Below are positions 24,489-35,511 of a stretch of DNA of 55,572 nucleotides, one piece after another (positions within the stretch are counted from its first letter, which is position 1; each line of letters opens with the position of its first letter). Below the pieces are notes generated by a model, which worked only from the letters and a program-made list of their open reading frames with translations, was not told the DNA's origin and made no database searches. The translations under genes and the position numbers were made by a program. This stretch comes from a virus (Duplodnaviria > Caudoviricetes): the IMG/VR virus record IMGVR_UViG_3300026320_000006, positions 1 to 55,572 of that record; one strand, 5' to 3'.

Positions 24489-27017
24489 ATGGGCGGAGAT
24501 GAACTTGGGGCCCTTCTGGTTGAGTTTAAAGCAGATCTATCTGATCTGGATAGGGGCGCTGAACAGGCAAAGCGAAAGCTAGGGGAAGTCGATAGATCCG
24601 CGAAAGAGACCGGCGGCGGATTTAAAGACCTGCTCAAGAATGCCACGTCTTTCGCCACTGGCATGGCTGTCTTCAACGTCGCCGGTGAGGCGGTCGGTTT
24701 CCTCAAAGATCAACTTGGTGGTGTCTTTCAGGAAAGCATGGATGCCCAGGCAGGAATGGCCTTAACCAATGCTGTCCTGAAGTCCACGCATGATGCATCA
24801 GGCGAAACAGCGCAAAGCGTTGCTGACCTTGCAGGTAATCTTTCTCACCTCACCAAGTTCAGTGACGACACAGTTCAGTCCGGTGAAAACATGCTGCTGA
24901 CCTTTACCAACATCAGCAAAAATGTATTTCCTGAAGCGACAAGAACCATCCTTGACATGTCCCAGGCGCTTGGACAAGATTTGAAGTCTACTGCTATCGA
25001 AGCTGGTAAGGCTTTAAATGATCCCCGTACCGGAATAACTGCCTTGCAACGCGTGGGTGTGACGTTCAATCAGACGCAAAAAGATCAAATCAAGAACTTC
25101 ATGGACACGAACCAGATTGCGCGTGCGCAGGGAGTTATTCTGAAAGAACTACAACGTGAATTTGGTGGAGCTGCAGAGGCGGCCGGAAAAACATTTGGCG
25201 GGCAGATGGTGATTGCCGGTCAGTACGTGGCTGATTTCAAGCAAACGCTTGGTGATGATCTGATGCCCATTGTGACCGAGTTTCTTGGCGTGGTTGAGAA
25301 AGATGGGTTGCCGATCCTGAAAAATTTCAGTGATTGGTTTACGAAAGAGGGAACCCCTGCCCTGAAAGATGTAGCTGGTGAAGTAGGGCCGCTGGTACGT
25401 GGCGTTGAGGATTTTACAGGTGCTCTGTTCGATATGATTAAGAAAAGTGGAGCATTCCAATCAGTTTTTCAGACCATCAAAGATACGCTGCCAGCCGTAG
25501 AACAAGCTATAGGGAAAGTGGGCGGTGCTGTTGGAAAACTCCTTCCTCCAATGCTGGATCTGATCAAGAACTTTTCAGGCTGGATTGACAAAAGTGGAAT
25601 ACTCACAGACGGTTTGCATCTGTTGGGAGATGGGGTATCAACAGTAGCAGACATTCTTGGACCATTCATTCAAGATATATCCAATGTGTTTAACTGGCTC
25701 TCAAAGAACAAACCAGCTACCGATGCGCTGAAAGAAGCGCTCGTTGGTGTTGGGGTAGTGCTCGCTGGGATGAAAGTCAAGGCATTCGTCGGGGACCTCC
25801 TTCAGATGGCCGATACTGTCAAGAACACTGTTGCCAAGGCCATTGATAAGCTTGTCTCTGGTGAGCTTTTTGATCTCCAGGGCGCTAAAGGATTTGGTGG
25901 GGTTGCGTCGGCGGCAAAAGATGCGGAAATTGCAGAGATAGCGGTTGGGACGACAGCCAAAACGACCATGGCCGGTGATGTTATTCAGGGTTCGTTATGG
26001 TCAAAAGAGAGTCTTGCCGGGATAGGGGTGAGCGCAGAGACAGCGGAGGGGAAAGTTGCTGCAGCTGGTGTCGGCATGAAAGGTGCGCTGGCTGGAGCTG
26101 CTGGTGTTGCTGGCGGTCTGTTGAGTACGCTTTCCCTCATCGGCGGTGTAGCGTTAGGTGAATTTCTGATAGCCGATTGGGTTAAAAACACCTTTAACAC
26201 GCCCTCGCACGTGGCGCCCCAACCCAACTGGGTGACGCACCACAATCCTGCTGACGATCTGGCGAAGGCCAAGCAGGAAGCAAAAGAATTAGACGATCAA
26301 ATCAATCATGCCTGGAAAGATATGGAGGGACTTGGAGATTGGGCTTCGAAGCACAACCGTATTCTGGGGAATATGCTCGATCCACTTGATGTGACCAAGG
26401 CCGATGTACAAGTACAGGTACTGAAAGCTCACGCAGATGATCTTGCCAAGCCTCCGTACGAATTGAAGATACTGACACCCCAGGTGATAGCCGCCCGTCA
26501 GAAGATCATCGACCTCAAATCTCATATTGATGACCTCAAAGGGCCGGAAAGTATTGGTGTGCTCACTCCACAGGTAGCAACGGCACGCCAGAAAGTAATT
26601 GATCTGAAATCGCATATCGACGATCTGCACAATCCAGTAGCGCTGAGCATTGGCACACGTTCAGTGGATGCTGCTATAGGCAGTGTCATGTATCTGAAGA
26701 GCCAGTTAGATGACCTGCCCTCCCCAACGATCTCTGTTTCGGGCGGAGGTGGACATGCTCGTGGTTATGCATCAGGCGGCTTTGCTGCTATCGGCCAACC
26801 GTTCATGTTCAACGAGCAAGGGCCAGAGCTAGGTATGGCCGTACCGGGCGGCGTTCAGATCTGGCCGCATTCCGACTCGATGAACATGCTCGGAGGCGGT
26901 AGTGGCGGGGATATTATCAATGAAGTGCATGTGCATCTTGGGATGGATGACGTTACCCATTTAATTATGACAGAAGCCACAAGCACCATGCGAAGGCGGG
27001 GGAGGAATAGGCGGTAA
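24489..27017 (+). CDS. Tape measure protein
   Basis: 842 aa, Ala/Gly-rich helical, GKALNDP, C-terminal YASGG...EQGPEL. Confidence 0.92.
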   Translation: MGGDELGALLVEFKADLSDLDRGAEQAKRKLGEVDRSAKETGGGFKDLLKNATSFATGMAVFNVAGEAVGFLKDQLGGVFQESMDAQAGMALTNAVLKSTHDASGETAQSVADLAGNLSHLTKFSDDTVQSGENMLLTFTNISKNVFPEATRTILDMSQALGQDLKSTAIEAGKALNDPRTGITALQRVGVTFNQTQKDQIKNFMDTNQIARAQGVILKELQREFGGAAEAAGKTFGGQMVIAGQYVADFKQTLGDDLMPIVTEFLGVVEKDGLPILKNFSDWFTKEGTPALKDVAGEVGPLVRGVEDFTGALFDMIKKSGAFQSVFQTIKDTLPAVEQAIGKVGGAVGKLLPPMLDLIKNFSGWIDKSGILTDGLHLLGDGVSTVADILGPFIQDISNVFNWLSKNKPATDALKEALVGVGVVLAGMKVKAFVGDLLQMADTVKNTVAKAIDKLVSGELFDLQGAKGFGGVASAAKDAEIAEIAVGTTAKTTMAGDVIQGSLWSKESLAGIGVSAETAEGKVAAAGVGMKGALAGAAGVAGGLLSTLSLIGGVALGEFLIADWVKNTFNTPSHVAPQPNWVTHHNPADDLAKAKQEAKELDDQINHAWKDMEGLGDWASKHNRILGNMLDPLDVTKADVQVQVLKAHADDLAKPPYELKILTPQVIAARQKIIDLKSHIDDLKGPESIGVLTPQVATARQKVIDLKSHIDDLHNPVALSIGTRSVDAAIGSVMYLKSQLDDLPSPTISVSGGGGHARGYASGGFAAIGQPFMFNEQGPELGMAVPGGVQIWPHSDSMNMLGGGSGGDIINEVHVHLGMDDVTHLIMTEATSTMRRRGRNRR

Positions 27018-30000
27018 TGGCTTTAGATATCCAGATTGCAAGTACGTCAATCAATCATACGAATTTCAAAATCATAAAATACCTGGACATGTCTGCTGAC
27101 CTTTCTTTTACAGTTGTGGACCTATCAGGCTTACATCACTATACCAATCGTATGCCGGTCACGGTGACTGATACTATCAAAGGACTGATTTTCGCGGGCT
27201 ATATTGACCAACCCGATGAACAAAATTATTATCCACAGCCAGGGAATAAGATTTCCATCAAATGTATGGATTACCGCGAGAAAGCTTTGAAGCGCCGGCC
27301 AACGTACGATTACGCTGGTATGCTGGCCGGTGATATTGTGGTTGACATGCATGCGAACTATCTGGCCGCTGAAGGCGTGCTAGCGAACTATGCATATCGT
27401 AGAGATACCAAACAAACGCAATTTGCAACTGGGACGTTAAGCGGTACAAGTGCAACAAACAATGTCGGAGACGGAGACCTGGAATTATCGCTAGCGGGCT
27501 CACCCCTTACTACTGTCACAAACACGACAGCTGGTTGGGGCACTGGCACGCTCAATAGTGTCGTTGCAGCGAATAATCAGCTTGTGCTTAAAAGCCGCAA
27601 TGGGATTGCGCTCAGCGGGGATAATAATGGCAACCAGGGAAGTAACGCGTATCTCTATTGGCAGATCTGGGCAGGCTCCTATGTCATTGCGAGCAGTGAT
27701 GCGCTGACCTACAAAGTGTGGATCAACAAAAACTGCCCGGAGATCCGGGCGGCTATGGATTTCATCTGCACCGATGGTTCGACACTCAGAGATTTTGTTG
27801 TCAGCGGACATCATGTTCGTGATCAGAACGACATTGATACTCACCCGAAAACGGATCTCAAAGGATTTGCCGATGATCAGTGGTATTACCGCTACATTGA
27901 CCTTACACCCATGGCCGGAAAAACTATTGCTACTATTACCATTGCGTTTGAGGGTGATGCTGGCGGGCACTACGCGGCGTATTTCTTCGATTGCCAGATT
28001 GTCAATGGCGTTTCCACACCGCTTACAATCTATGCCAACAATGGCGTGCTCAACACGAGTAAGCGGGCTTTTGACCTGGGCTATAGTAACATCTCAGTCA
28101 GTACGCCGTTGGTCTACGACACGCCAGGAATACGCATCAGTAACGCAACAAGCCTGACGTCTGTCGGAATAGCCAATACTGGCGTGGCTGCGATCTCAGA
28201 AACCGTGCCAACAGGAACAAGCGTAGAAGTCGATACCAGCTTTGACGGCGGTGCAACGTGGCAACCTGTAACTGACAGAACGGCCATAGCCGGATTGATT
28301 GCAGGAGCCTCGTTAAGTGGCATATCACTAACCACACGGCAAGTACTCACCATAACAGGTGATGACCCCACTGTAACCCCTGCTGTGTCCAGCTTAGCGG
28401 CTAATTTCACGCCGTCCTACTCAGCTACAAAACACGATTCATTCAATCAGGCTGACACCACGGCAGAATGGACAAACCTGGGAACCAATCAGGGTGGAGT
28501 CACTATTACGAATCAAATTGTGCTTGCCAATGTTCATCGCAATTGGGATGATGCCTCTATTGCTAGTCAGACGCTTTATGGGAGTAGTACTCCGTTCCAT
28601 GGCACAAGCTATAAGCGGTTAAAGATCAGCACGAATAGTGGCGCGGACGTACGCTCAAGGATGGATTTCGCGAGCATATGGTTTAATTTCACACTGACGG
28701 TTGATGTGCAAGTACCGGATGACGCTACTCAGTCAATTGGTTTTACGTACCGCAATAAGCTATGGGGCAATGGGAACAATACTGGCGGATGGGTAGTCGA
28801 TCTTTTTAATAACAAGCTTCAACTAGGCTATGGGGATAACACAGGCGGTGCAGGGACGGGTACTTATACGAATATAGCAACATTCAACCCTGCGTCTTTT
28901 GCGCCTGCTAGCGGTACCTGGCACACGCTCATGGTCATTGTGAACGTCAACAACCATCAGGTGTGGCTCGATGGCGTGAAATATATCGATATCACCAATA
29001 CGACCTACAACGACCCGGTGCAATATACCGGCTACGTGGCCATGCATGGCTACAATAATTCTGGCGTGGGAAAAGCCTATTACTTTGACAATTTTGGAAT
29101 AGGGAATTTCCTCTCAGGTGCGTATGAAACGAACAATATCAGCTTGAATACACTGGCAACGGTGGGGGATAGCTTCATTGCCTGGCAGAATGAGCCGCTT
29201 CCGGCCGGTTGCTTCATTTTGGTGCAAAGCACTATTGATGGTGGTTCGACCTTCCAGACCTGTACGAATGGTGCGGAAATACCACTGCTCACACCGGGTA
29301 CAAATACCGTTGGGAAGAACCTGAGAATTCTTATCACGCTCACCGCGCCTAGCGTGGCCTATACTCCCATCTTAGATGGCCTCGTGATTTGGGTGACATC
29401 GAACTTTTCATCCAGTGGAACCCGCGTCTCCCCTGCTTTGTCGCTTTCAGGAGTTGGCCGGGCAGGGAGTACCAGCCTGACCTGGAATGATATATTGCCG
29501 TCTGGTTGCACATTGGGCATGGACATCTCACCAGATGGAACAACCTGGACAGATGTCACCGCGAACAATGGTCAACCCCTGCCTAGCGCACTTATTTTTG
29601 CACAACCAGATCCCTATCTGGACTTCTTCAGCGCAGATACTAGTGCAAATTATACAAGCACGTTTATAACCGGTGGATCGATAGAAAGCTGGACGTACGA
29701 CCTTACAAACAATCGACTGATTAGTACGAATAGCAGTATTCTTTATGTTCCGCGCATGTTTGGGGGCACGCTCACCCTTGCAGGGGCCAGTGGAAATAAT
29801 GGTGTTTTTCGCTATGATGGTTTCTCACGGAAAGATATGTTCGTGGAAGCGACGTTGAACTATTCCGACAATGCCGGGCTCGTTGTGCGTATGGTGGATC
29901 AGAGCAATCTCTATGCGTGTTTTATCAAAGACTCTGTGGCCGGGAATATCTGCTCACTCTGGAAAGTCGTAGCGGGTGTCTTTACCCAGTTAGGGAGTGA

Positions 30001-31303
30001 TGTCCTCATTGTGTTTCCACGGAACACTTATCATGTGTTTCGTCTGGATGTGCAGGGGACGGCACTAAAGGTCTACATGGATAACGTGCAGATCATTTCA
30101 CAAACAGATGGCAGCATTACCGCTGCTGGCAAATCTGGGATAGTAGCCGGAAACAGAGGACAGTTCTATTCTCTCAGGGTGCAACCCTATGGGGATATCG
30201 TCAATTCCATGTCACTCTATACCAGGCAACGTTTAGCTTCAACCAATCCACAAGCCACGCCACAAGTGTTAGATGTGACATTGTCTGTGAGAGATCCAGA
30301 GATCGGTAATGGCGCGCTTATTCCAAATACTAGCTACGCTTATACCAAATCTGTTGCGCAAAGCTATGACGATTTAGCATCACAGTCCACGAGTCCACAT
30401 CCCTATATGGTTTGGATCGGGGATGATTTAAAGCTGCATTTCAAGCACAATCAAGCGCAACCTGCGCCGTTCTACCTGGCTACAGCCAATGGGAACATCT
30501 TATGGGCTAATAATCCCCCTGTTGTGTCCAGGCCTGATATGAACTATAGAAACCATCAGATTGTTGATGGTGGGATGGATATAGCTACACTGCCACCGAT
30601 TACCAGGAAAGGCGACGGTTTTACTCAGACCTGGCTCATGCCCGGTAATCTCGCACAGGTCCCAGTTATCACGCTTGATGGTCAAAATCAGAATATAGGC
30701 ATTCAGGGTGTGGATACCGGCAAAGATTTCTATTATCAGATTGGCTCTAATGCAGTTTCGCAAGATCCAACAGAAGTTCCACCAGGCCCAAATGATACGA
30801 TCGTGTTCAGCAATCTTGCAATTCAGACACAAGTACGCGTCATTGCCGACAATGTGAACGGAACCGGCGTCTATGCTGGTACGATTGGACAAACGCAATT
30901 AGCGGCCATTATGGGTAGTACAGGTATCACGGATACCGGCATTGTTGAGGATTATGTGAGCGCTCCTGATCTCAATCTTGCCGCTGCAACTGCGCTGAAT
31001 ACCAGTCTTTTACAGCAGTTTGGAAGACTTGGGAGAGATATTCCGCTTTCAACCAATCAATGGGGATTAATGCCCGGCATGTTGGTAGGGGTGAATATTC
31101 CTCAGAATGGCGTGATCAATGCGTTCCCATTGATTACAAAAATTATGATTACCGCGCAACCGACATCAGATGTCAGTAATCCAAATGTGATAGGTGGGTT
31201 ATTATACAGATTCGATCTGGAGACCACAGAAGGTCCAAACGTAGGGGATTGGTCGAATCTTTTCACAAAATTGATAGCAGCTTCAGCAGAGGCTATACGT
31301 TAG
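27017..31303 (+). CDS. Large tail tip protein with inserted beta-sandwich / lectin-like domains
   Basis: 1428 aa, T/S/G/N-rich, three Asp-box-like DG.TW/F motifs; follows TMP. Confidence 0.75.
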   Translation: MALDIQIASTSINHTNFKIIKYLDMSADLSFTVVDLSGLHHYTNRMPVTVTDTIKGLIFAGYIDQPDEQNYYPQPGNKISIKCMDYREKALKRRPTYDYAGMLAGDIVVDMHANYLAAEGVLANYAYRRDTKQTQFATGTLSGTSATNNVGDGDLELSLAGSPLTTVTNTTAGWGTGTLNSVVAANNQLVLKSRNGIALSGDNNGNQGSNAYLYWQIWAGSYVIASSDALTYKVWINKNCPEIRAAMDFICTDGSTLRDFVVSGHHVRDQNDIDTHPKTDLKGFADDQWYYRYIDLTPMAGKTIATITIAFEGDAGGHYAAYFFDCQIVNGVSTPLTIYANNGVLNTSKRAFDLGYSNISVSTPLVYDTPGIRISNATSLTSVGIANTGVAAISETVPTGTSVEVDTSFDGGATWQPVTDRTAIAGLIAGASLSGISLTTRQVLTITGDDPTVTPAVSSLAANFTPSYSATKHDSFNQADTTAEWTNLGTNQGGVTITNQIVLANVHRNWDDASIASQTLYGSSTPFHGTSYKRLKISTNSGADVRSRMDFASIWFNFTLTVDVQVPDDATQSIGFTYRNKLWGNGNNTGGWVVDLFNNKLQLGYGDNTGGAGTGTYTNIATFNPASFAPASGTWHTLMVIVNVNNHQVWLDGVKYIDITNTTYNDPVQYTGYVAMHGYNNSGVGKAYYFDNFGIGNFLSGAYETNNISLNTLATVGDSFIAWQNEPLPAGCFILVQSTIDGGSTFQTCTNGAEIPLLTPGTNTVGKNLRILITLTAPSVAYTPILDGLVIWVTSNFSSSGTRVSPALSLSGVGRAGSTSLTWNDILPSGCTLGMDISPDGTTWTDVTANNGQPLPSALIFAQPDPYLDFFSADTSANYTSTFITGGSIESWTYDLTNNRLISTNSSILYVPRMFGGTLTLAGASGNNGVFRYDGFSRKDMFVEATLNYSDNAGLVVRMVDQSNLYACFIKDSVAGNICSLWKVVAGVFTQLGSDVLIVFPRNTYHVFRLDVQGTALKVYMDNVQIISQTDGSITAAGKSGIVAGNRGQFYSLRVQPYGDIVNSMSLYTRQRLASTNPQATPQVLDVTLSVRDPEIGNGALIPNTSYAYTKSVAQSYDDLASQSTSPHPYMVWIGDDLKLHFKHNQAQPAPFYLATANGNILWANNPPVVSRPDMNYRNHQIVDGGMDIATLPPITRKGDGFTQTWLMPGNLAQVPVITLDGQNQNIGIQGVDTGKDFYYQIGSNAVSQDPTEVPPGPNDTIVFSNLAIQTQVRVIADNVNGTGVYAGTIGQTQLAAIMGSTGITDTGIVEDYVSAPDLNLAAATALNTSLLQQFGRLGRDIPLSTNQWGLMPGMLVGVNIPQNGVINAFPLITKIMITAQPTSDVSNPNVIGGLLYRFDLETTEGPNVGDWSNLFTKLIAASAEAIR

Positions 31304-31318
31304 AAAGGAATTATTCTT

Positions 31319-31519
31319 ATGTATCAAATTATCATCGCAATTATCAGCTACACCTGGCTCTTTCTCACGTTGCTTTTGCTGTTTTTCATCTGGCGCAATA
31401 GCACAACAAACGCAAAAGCGATGCAAACGCTCAGCGTCGTTGCCTTGAAGAATGCAGAGTCAACACAAAAAGTAGCCGATGCTGTCTATATCCTGGCAAA
31501 AAAATTGGAAAACACATGA
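31319..31519 (+). CDS. Small single-TM protein (holin-like)
   Basis: Hydrophobic N-terminus. Confidence 0.5.
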   Translation: MYQIIIAIISYTWLFLTLLLLFFIWRNSTTNAKAMQTLSVVALKNAESTQKVADAVYILAKKLENT

Positions 31520-31935
31520 CGCTCATTGTCAATTTTTTCAATCAAATCATCCCTATCTTGCAAGCCATATTATTGTTGGGCGCGTTGATAGGAGGCACTC
31601 TCGCAAGTATCAGTGTGTTCAAAAGCACCAAACGATCTGGGCTCGTCAAAATGCAGGATGAGACGATTGTGGGCATGCAGCAACAAATCAATATGCTCAA
31701 AGAACAAAATGCACAGCAGCAAGAGAAGATGGATCAGCAGCAAGAAAAAATTGATAGTCTGGAAGATGACATGAAGACGATGAGGGAAGCCTTAGAAGAT
31801 GAGGGGATTATTATCACGGTTGACGGCAAAAAGGTCACTATCAAAAATACGAGAGAACCAGGTATAACCAAACACATTACCAGAAAGCCAACGAGAAAAA
31901 TTGCTGCTGATACAGCAAAGAAAGAAGAGGATTAA
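31516..31935 (+). CDS. TM plus coiled-coil protein (lysis accessory?)
   Basis: N-terminal TM, Gln-rich coiled coil, basic end. Confidence 0.5.
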   Translation: MTLIVNFFNQIIPILQAILLLGALIGGTLASISVFKSTKRSGLVKMQDETIVGMQQQINMLKEQNAQQQEKMDQQQEKIDSLEDDMKTMREALEDEGIIITVDGKKVTIKNTREPGITKHITRKPTRKIAADTAKKEED

Positions 31936-31938
31936 CTC

Positions 31939-32397
31939 ATGGCAGACTTAGGAGCAACTGACACATCAACAACTTCTTTGGGAGCGAATCAATTTCCAGT
32001 GAGCGCGGGATATGTTCCCAATGTCGGGTTAAGGGTAACTGAGGGTGGCGGCGTTTATACTGACACGGGCGGTAAAACGTCAGCGCCCGCCGTCGTTGAG
32101 GATATCGAACGCCCTGGCTACATTGCAGCAACTTCACCGCCGTCAGCAACCAATGCTGGGAGCGACACGAGCTATACTTTTAGCGCGCAGGTCAACCGGG
32201 TTATTCTGGAAAATCATACAGCATCGACGGTCTACTATGCGTTCGATGTGGCGGCTTCTCAGGGATCGCTGAAACTTTTGCCAGGATCAACGCTCATCTG
32301 GCCAAAGAAAGTTACCGTCATGCATCTCTGGACAGTCGCCGCTCAAAATATCAACGGAAGTTCCGATGGAAACATAGTCGTATTGGGGGCGCTCTAA
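31939..32397 (+). CDS. Putative minor tail protein
   Basis: T/S/G-rich, coupled to the spike gene. Confidence 0.55.
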   Translation: MADLGATDTSTTSLGANQFPVSAGYVPNVGLRVTEGGGVYTDTGGKTSAPAVVEDIERPGYIAATSPPSATNAGSDTSYTFSAQVNRVILENHTASTVYYAFDVAASQGSLKLLPGSTLIWPKKVTVMHLWTVAAQNINGSSDGNIVVLGAL

Positions 32398-34115
32398 TGA
32401 CTGTAACACTTGCTCAACAGCGCAAACTTGCGTTTATCAATCTCGCGGACTATTGCAAGATTGATGGCTCATCCGATGATAGCACAGGCTTTACCAACGC
32501 CTACACTCTTGCCAGTACGCTTGGCATGGGCATCTACATGCCAGGCGGAACACTCGTCAAGGGCAACGATACGCTGCTTCCCCTCGTCCCTATCGATTTG
32601 GGCGGTGGGACAATCAAGCTCAAGAACGGCGCGAATACTGATTTGTTCTCAGCGCAAATAGGCAGTATCAATCTCGCTGCTTCACGGGGTACTGGCATTG
32701 ATGGCACGCTGTATGGGTTTAGCATTAAAAATGGAACGCTCGACGGCAACAAAGCTAATCAGTCCAGTGGGCCTTCCTGGTGTCTCCGCTTCTACGGCTA
32801 TGGCTTCACCTTCGAAAATCTTGAGCTTGTCAACGGCTTCAGTGGCGATGCGCTGATTGACTGGAATGGGACGGGAATACACAACCATAACGGCGTTGAG
32901 GCAAAGATCAGGAACCTCCATTGTCACAATGCCAGCGGGATGGGGCTACAGATGGGTGGACCCCATGACAGCCAAATCACGAATTTTATCACTTCAGAAA
33001 ATGGAGGCATCAATCTCCATCTTTGCCCGAATGCGGTGGGGGTACAGATTGATAATTTCCACAGTTGGGGCAATTTTGGAACGGGATTGCCAGGGGTACT
33101 CATTGAAGGCGGGGATAACGAGTTCAACAATGCTGTATTTGAGAGTCCATCTGATACTGCTACATATTGTCTGGTGCTAGCAGCCAACAACAATCAGATC
33201 AATGGGAAATGCCTTTCAAGCGGGGCGTTCTCTGGCGTCAAATTAGGTCAGAATAGCGGAGAAACACCAGTTCCTGGTCAAATACTCCAGAGCGCAGGGG
33301 TAACGCTTTATAATCCATCCGATAATAGCGATATCAATATGCTATTTGAAAGCTGTACGGGTACGAATGGCGCAATTAACTTTGATCGGGTACATTTCAG
33401 CAAGATTAAAGCGATAGTGACGCAATCAAGCGGAAGCGCGTACACGGGCTTCCTGGATCCAACTAACCAGTTTGAACTCTTGCCACCAAATGGCCTGACG
33501 CCTGATGGAACTGTTGGTAAAGGAGGGCAAACTCGTATTGCTGCCGACTCGCAAAATGCCTTTACCGTAGGGGGCGCCAACCAATATCTCGACTATTTCA
33601 ACGTGGTGACACATACAAACCCACGTTTTGAAATGCCGCAAGGGGTATATCTCCAATTCTACAGTGATCAATATTCGACAGCAACCTCAGCGCTTCGCAT
33701 AGGGATAGGCGCTCCGTCCAATGGCGTCGGCAATAATGGCGACTACTACTTTAGAGGTGATACACCGGGAACAGCTTATCAGCAACTCTACATCAAAATA
33801 GCCGGAGCCTGGGTACCTTTTGTCGGCGCGCCTATTCAAAGCGCGACAACGCCGGACCCCGGAGCGGGTGGAACAATCACAACGTCAGGCGTCACCTTGG
33901 CGCGTGTGACTCCTGCGGCAAGTCGTACAGGCGTGATTTTGCAAGCAGGAACGATAGCCGGGCAAAAATGTACGGTCGTGAACAATTCAGCGTCGTTTAC
34001 GATTACATTTGCGGCGGCTGGCACGTCCAATGTTGCGCAGGGCGTGAGCCTCGTGATTGCTGCTCTCGGAAAATATGATTTCACCTGGGATAGTGTCGCA
34101 GCACGCTGGTATTAA
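32397..34115 (+). CDS. Tail spike / receptor-binding protein with right-handed beta-helix (pectate-lyase-like)
   Basis: DGSSDDSTGF...YMPGGT, LDGNKANQ, G/N-rich repeats, GAPSNGVGNNGDYY. Confidence 0.75.
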   Translation: MTVTLAQQRKLAFINLADYCKIDGSSDDSTGFTNAYTLASTLGMGIYMPGGTLVKGNDTLLPLVPIDLGGGTIKLKNGANTDLFSAQIGSINLAASRGTGIDGTLYGFSIKNGTLDGNKANQSSGPSWCLRFYGYGFTFENLELVNGFSGDALIDWNGTGIHNHNGVEAKIRNLHCHNASGMGLQMGGPHDSQITNFITSENGGINLHLCPNAVGVQIDNFHSWGNFGTGLPGVLIEGGDNEFNNAVFESPSDTATYCLVLAANNNQINGKCLSSGAFSGVKLGQNSGETPVPGQILQSAGVTLYNPSDNSDINMLFESCTGTNGAINFDRVHFSKIKAIVTQSSGSAYTGFLDPTNQFELLPPNGLTPDGTVGKGGQTRIAADSQNAFTVGGANQYLDYFNVVTHTNPRFEMPQGVYLQFYSDQYSTATSALRIGIGAPSNGVGNNGDYYFRGDTPGTAYQQLYIKIAGAWVPFVGAPIQSATTPDPGAGGTITTSGVTLARVTPAASRTGVILQAGTIAGQKCTVVNNSASFTITFAAAGTSNVAQGVSLVIAALGKYDFTWDSVAARWY

Positions 34116-34126
34116 GGAGGCTTTTC

Positions 34127-35101
34127 TTGTCAGTACTTCAAAATTTTCCAATGGTTTCACAGCTTACATCAGTAACAGGCGACAATAAACCATCAGAAAA
34201 TCGCCTGTATGATTGTGTAGCCGCTTCCATTGATGCGGCGTGTAGATACTTGCTTAATAAGTCGGAGGATAGCGTTTTCAATCCTGACAGCTTCAAAGAT
34301 CAAGCATATGGAGATACCTGGATTGGTGGAACAGCGGCAATCAAATACATTGCGTTCTGCAAATCGCTGGGAGTCAATTTGTATCCCGTGCAGGGGAGCC
34401 CTCAGAAGCTTGTCGCGTTAGCCCATGGCTATCTGGCACAAGAGAAACCAGTCATTTTCACCATGCCGGATAGCTATTCCAGCGATCCAAACATGACGCA
34501 TGTGTGTGTGTTCTACGCTGATGGACCTGGCTATCTGGTAGCAATGGACCCGTTCCCCCTGCCTGGTGTCAATAGTGGTCATCCTGATCGCAGAACAGAT
34601 GCTGAATGGATGAATGTACTGCTTTTTAACGAGGTGTGGATCACAGAAAGGATTGACGATATGCCGCCTCCAATCACCATAACAAACCCGGCTGTTGCAG
34701 TGTACTTTGTGCAAACAGGCCCAACGTCCTGGCATTGTGCTAAAACCGGCAAGGTCATTCAAGGTGCGATCTTGAGCTATTATCAAACCTGTGGTGCTAC
34801 TGCTCTGCATGGTTTGTTGGATCTCGGGTTACCTGTTAGCAATGAAATTCCGCTGGATGGAAAAGGCAATGTGAAACAGTTCTACGAACGCGGGGTTGTG
34901 TTCTATGATCCGGGCAAAATCTATGATAGCCCGCCTGGATCTGGACCTGTCTATCACGCTCATTTGTATTCAGGAGCTGGACAAGATCCAGAGATCGCTG
35001 ATCTACAAAAACAGCTAGCTATATTACAGAAGATGCCGCAAGCGCCACAAATGGACGCGGACCTGCAACAAATCTATGCGATCGCTGAAAAGTACAAATA
35101 A
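34127..35101 (+). CDS. Endolysin: papain-fold (C39-like) peptidase plus LGFP-like binding repeat
   Basis: SQL...DCVAAS...H...MDP; LGLPVSNE...QFYERG. Confidence 0.65.
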   Translation: MSVLQNFPMVSQLTSVTGDNKPSENRLYDCVAASIDAACRYLLNKSEDSVFNPDSFKDQAYGDTWIGGTAAIKYIAFCKSLGVNLYPVQGSPQKLVALAHGYLAQEKPVIFTMPDSYSSDPNMTHVCVFYADGPGYLVAMDPFPLPGVNSGHPDRRTDAEWMNVLLFNEVWITERIDDMPPPITITNPAVAVYFVQTGPTSWHCAKTGKVIQGAILSYYQTCGATALHGLLDLGLPVSNEIPLDGKGNVKQFYERGVVFYDPGKIYDSPPGSGPVYHAHLYSGAGQDPEIADLQKQLAILQKMPQAPQMDADLQQIYAIAEKYK

Positions 35102-35147
35102 AAAAGCCTCCCTACGTGAGAGAGGCGGGAGAAATGAGAGGAATGGG

Positions 35148-35510
35148 TTACTTGTCACCGTACAGGCGCACGGCTTCACGGAGCAAAAATTCGCGATACG
35201 CTTGGGCGCCTATCTCATCCTTATCGGCATTGGCAGCCTGTCCACGCCAATTGTGGTCATTCTTCCAGGCGTACTTTGCGGCGCGACCCATTACCCAGGT
35301 AGGCGCATCGGGTGTTTCTACGATAATCGTACGCGGTCTGCCCATAGGCGCACCGGCGAGCCATGCCAGGAATGCATCGGATGTGTCATCGACAAGCCAG
35401 GTCGAACCTGACTGTCGAGCGGCTTCGCCAAATGCGCCGCGCTGTGCTGCCTTCAGCAACGTGGAGCGGTCTAGATGCCGCTCCGAACTGATTTCCGCAA
35501 TCGTCTTCAT
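35148..35510 (-). CDS. HTH DNA-binding protein (Aca-like position)
   Basis: KTIAEISSERHLDRSTLLKAAQRG...ARQSGSTWLV; GRPR; AGGAG RBS before ATG 35510. Confidence 0.7.
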   Translation of the reverse strand: MKTIAEISSERHLDRSTLLKAAQRGAFGEAARQSGSTWLVDDTSDAFLAWLAGAPMGRPRTIIVETPDAPTWVMGRAAKYAWKNDHNWRGQAANADKDEIGAQAYREFLLREAVRLYGDK

Positions 35511-35511
35511 G

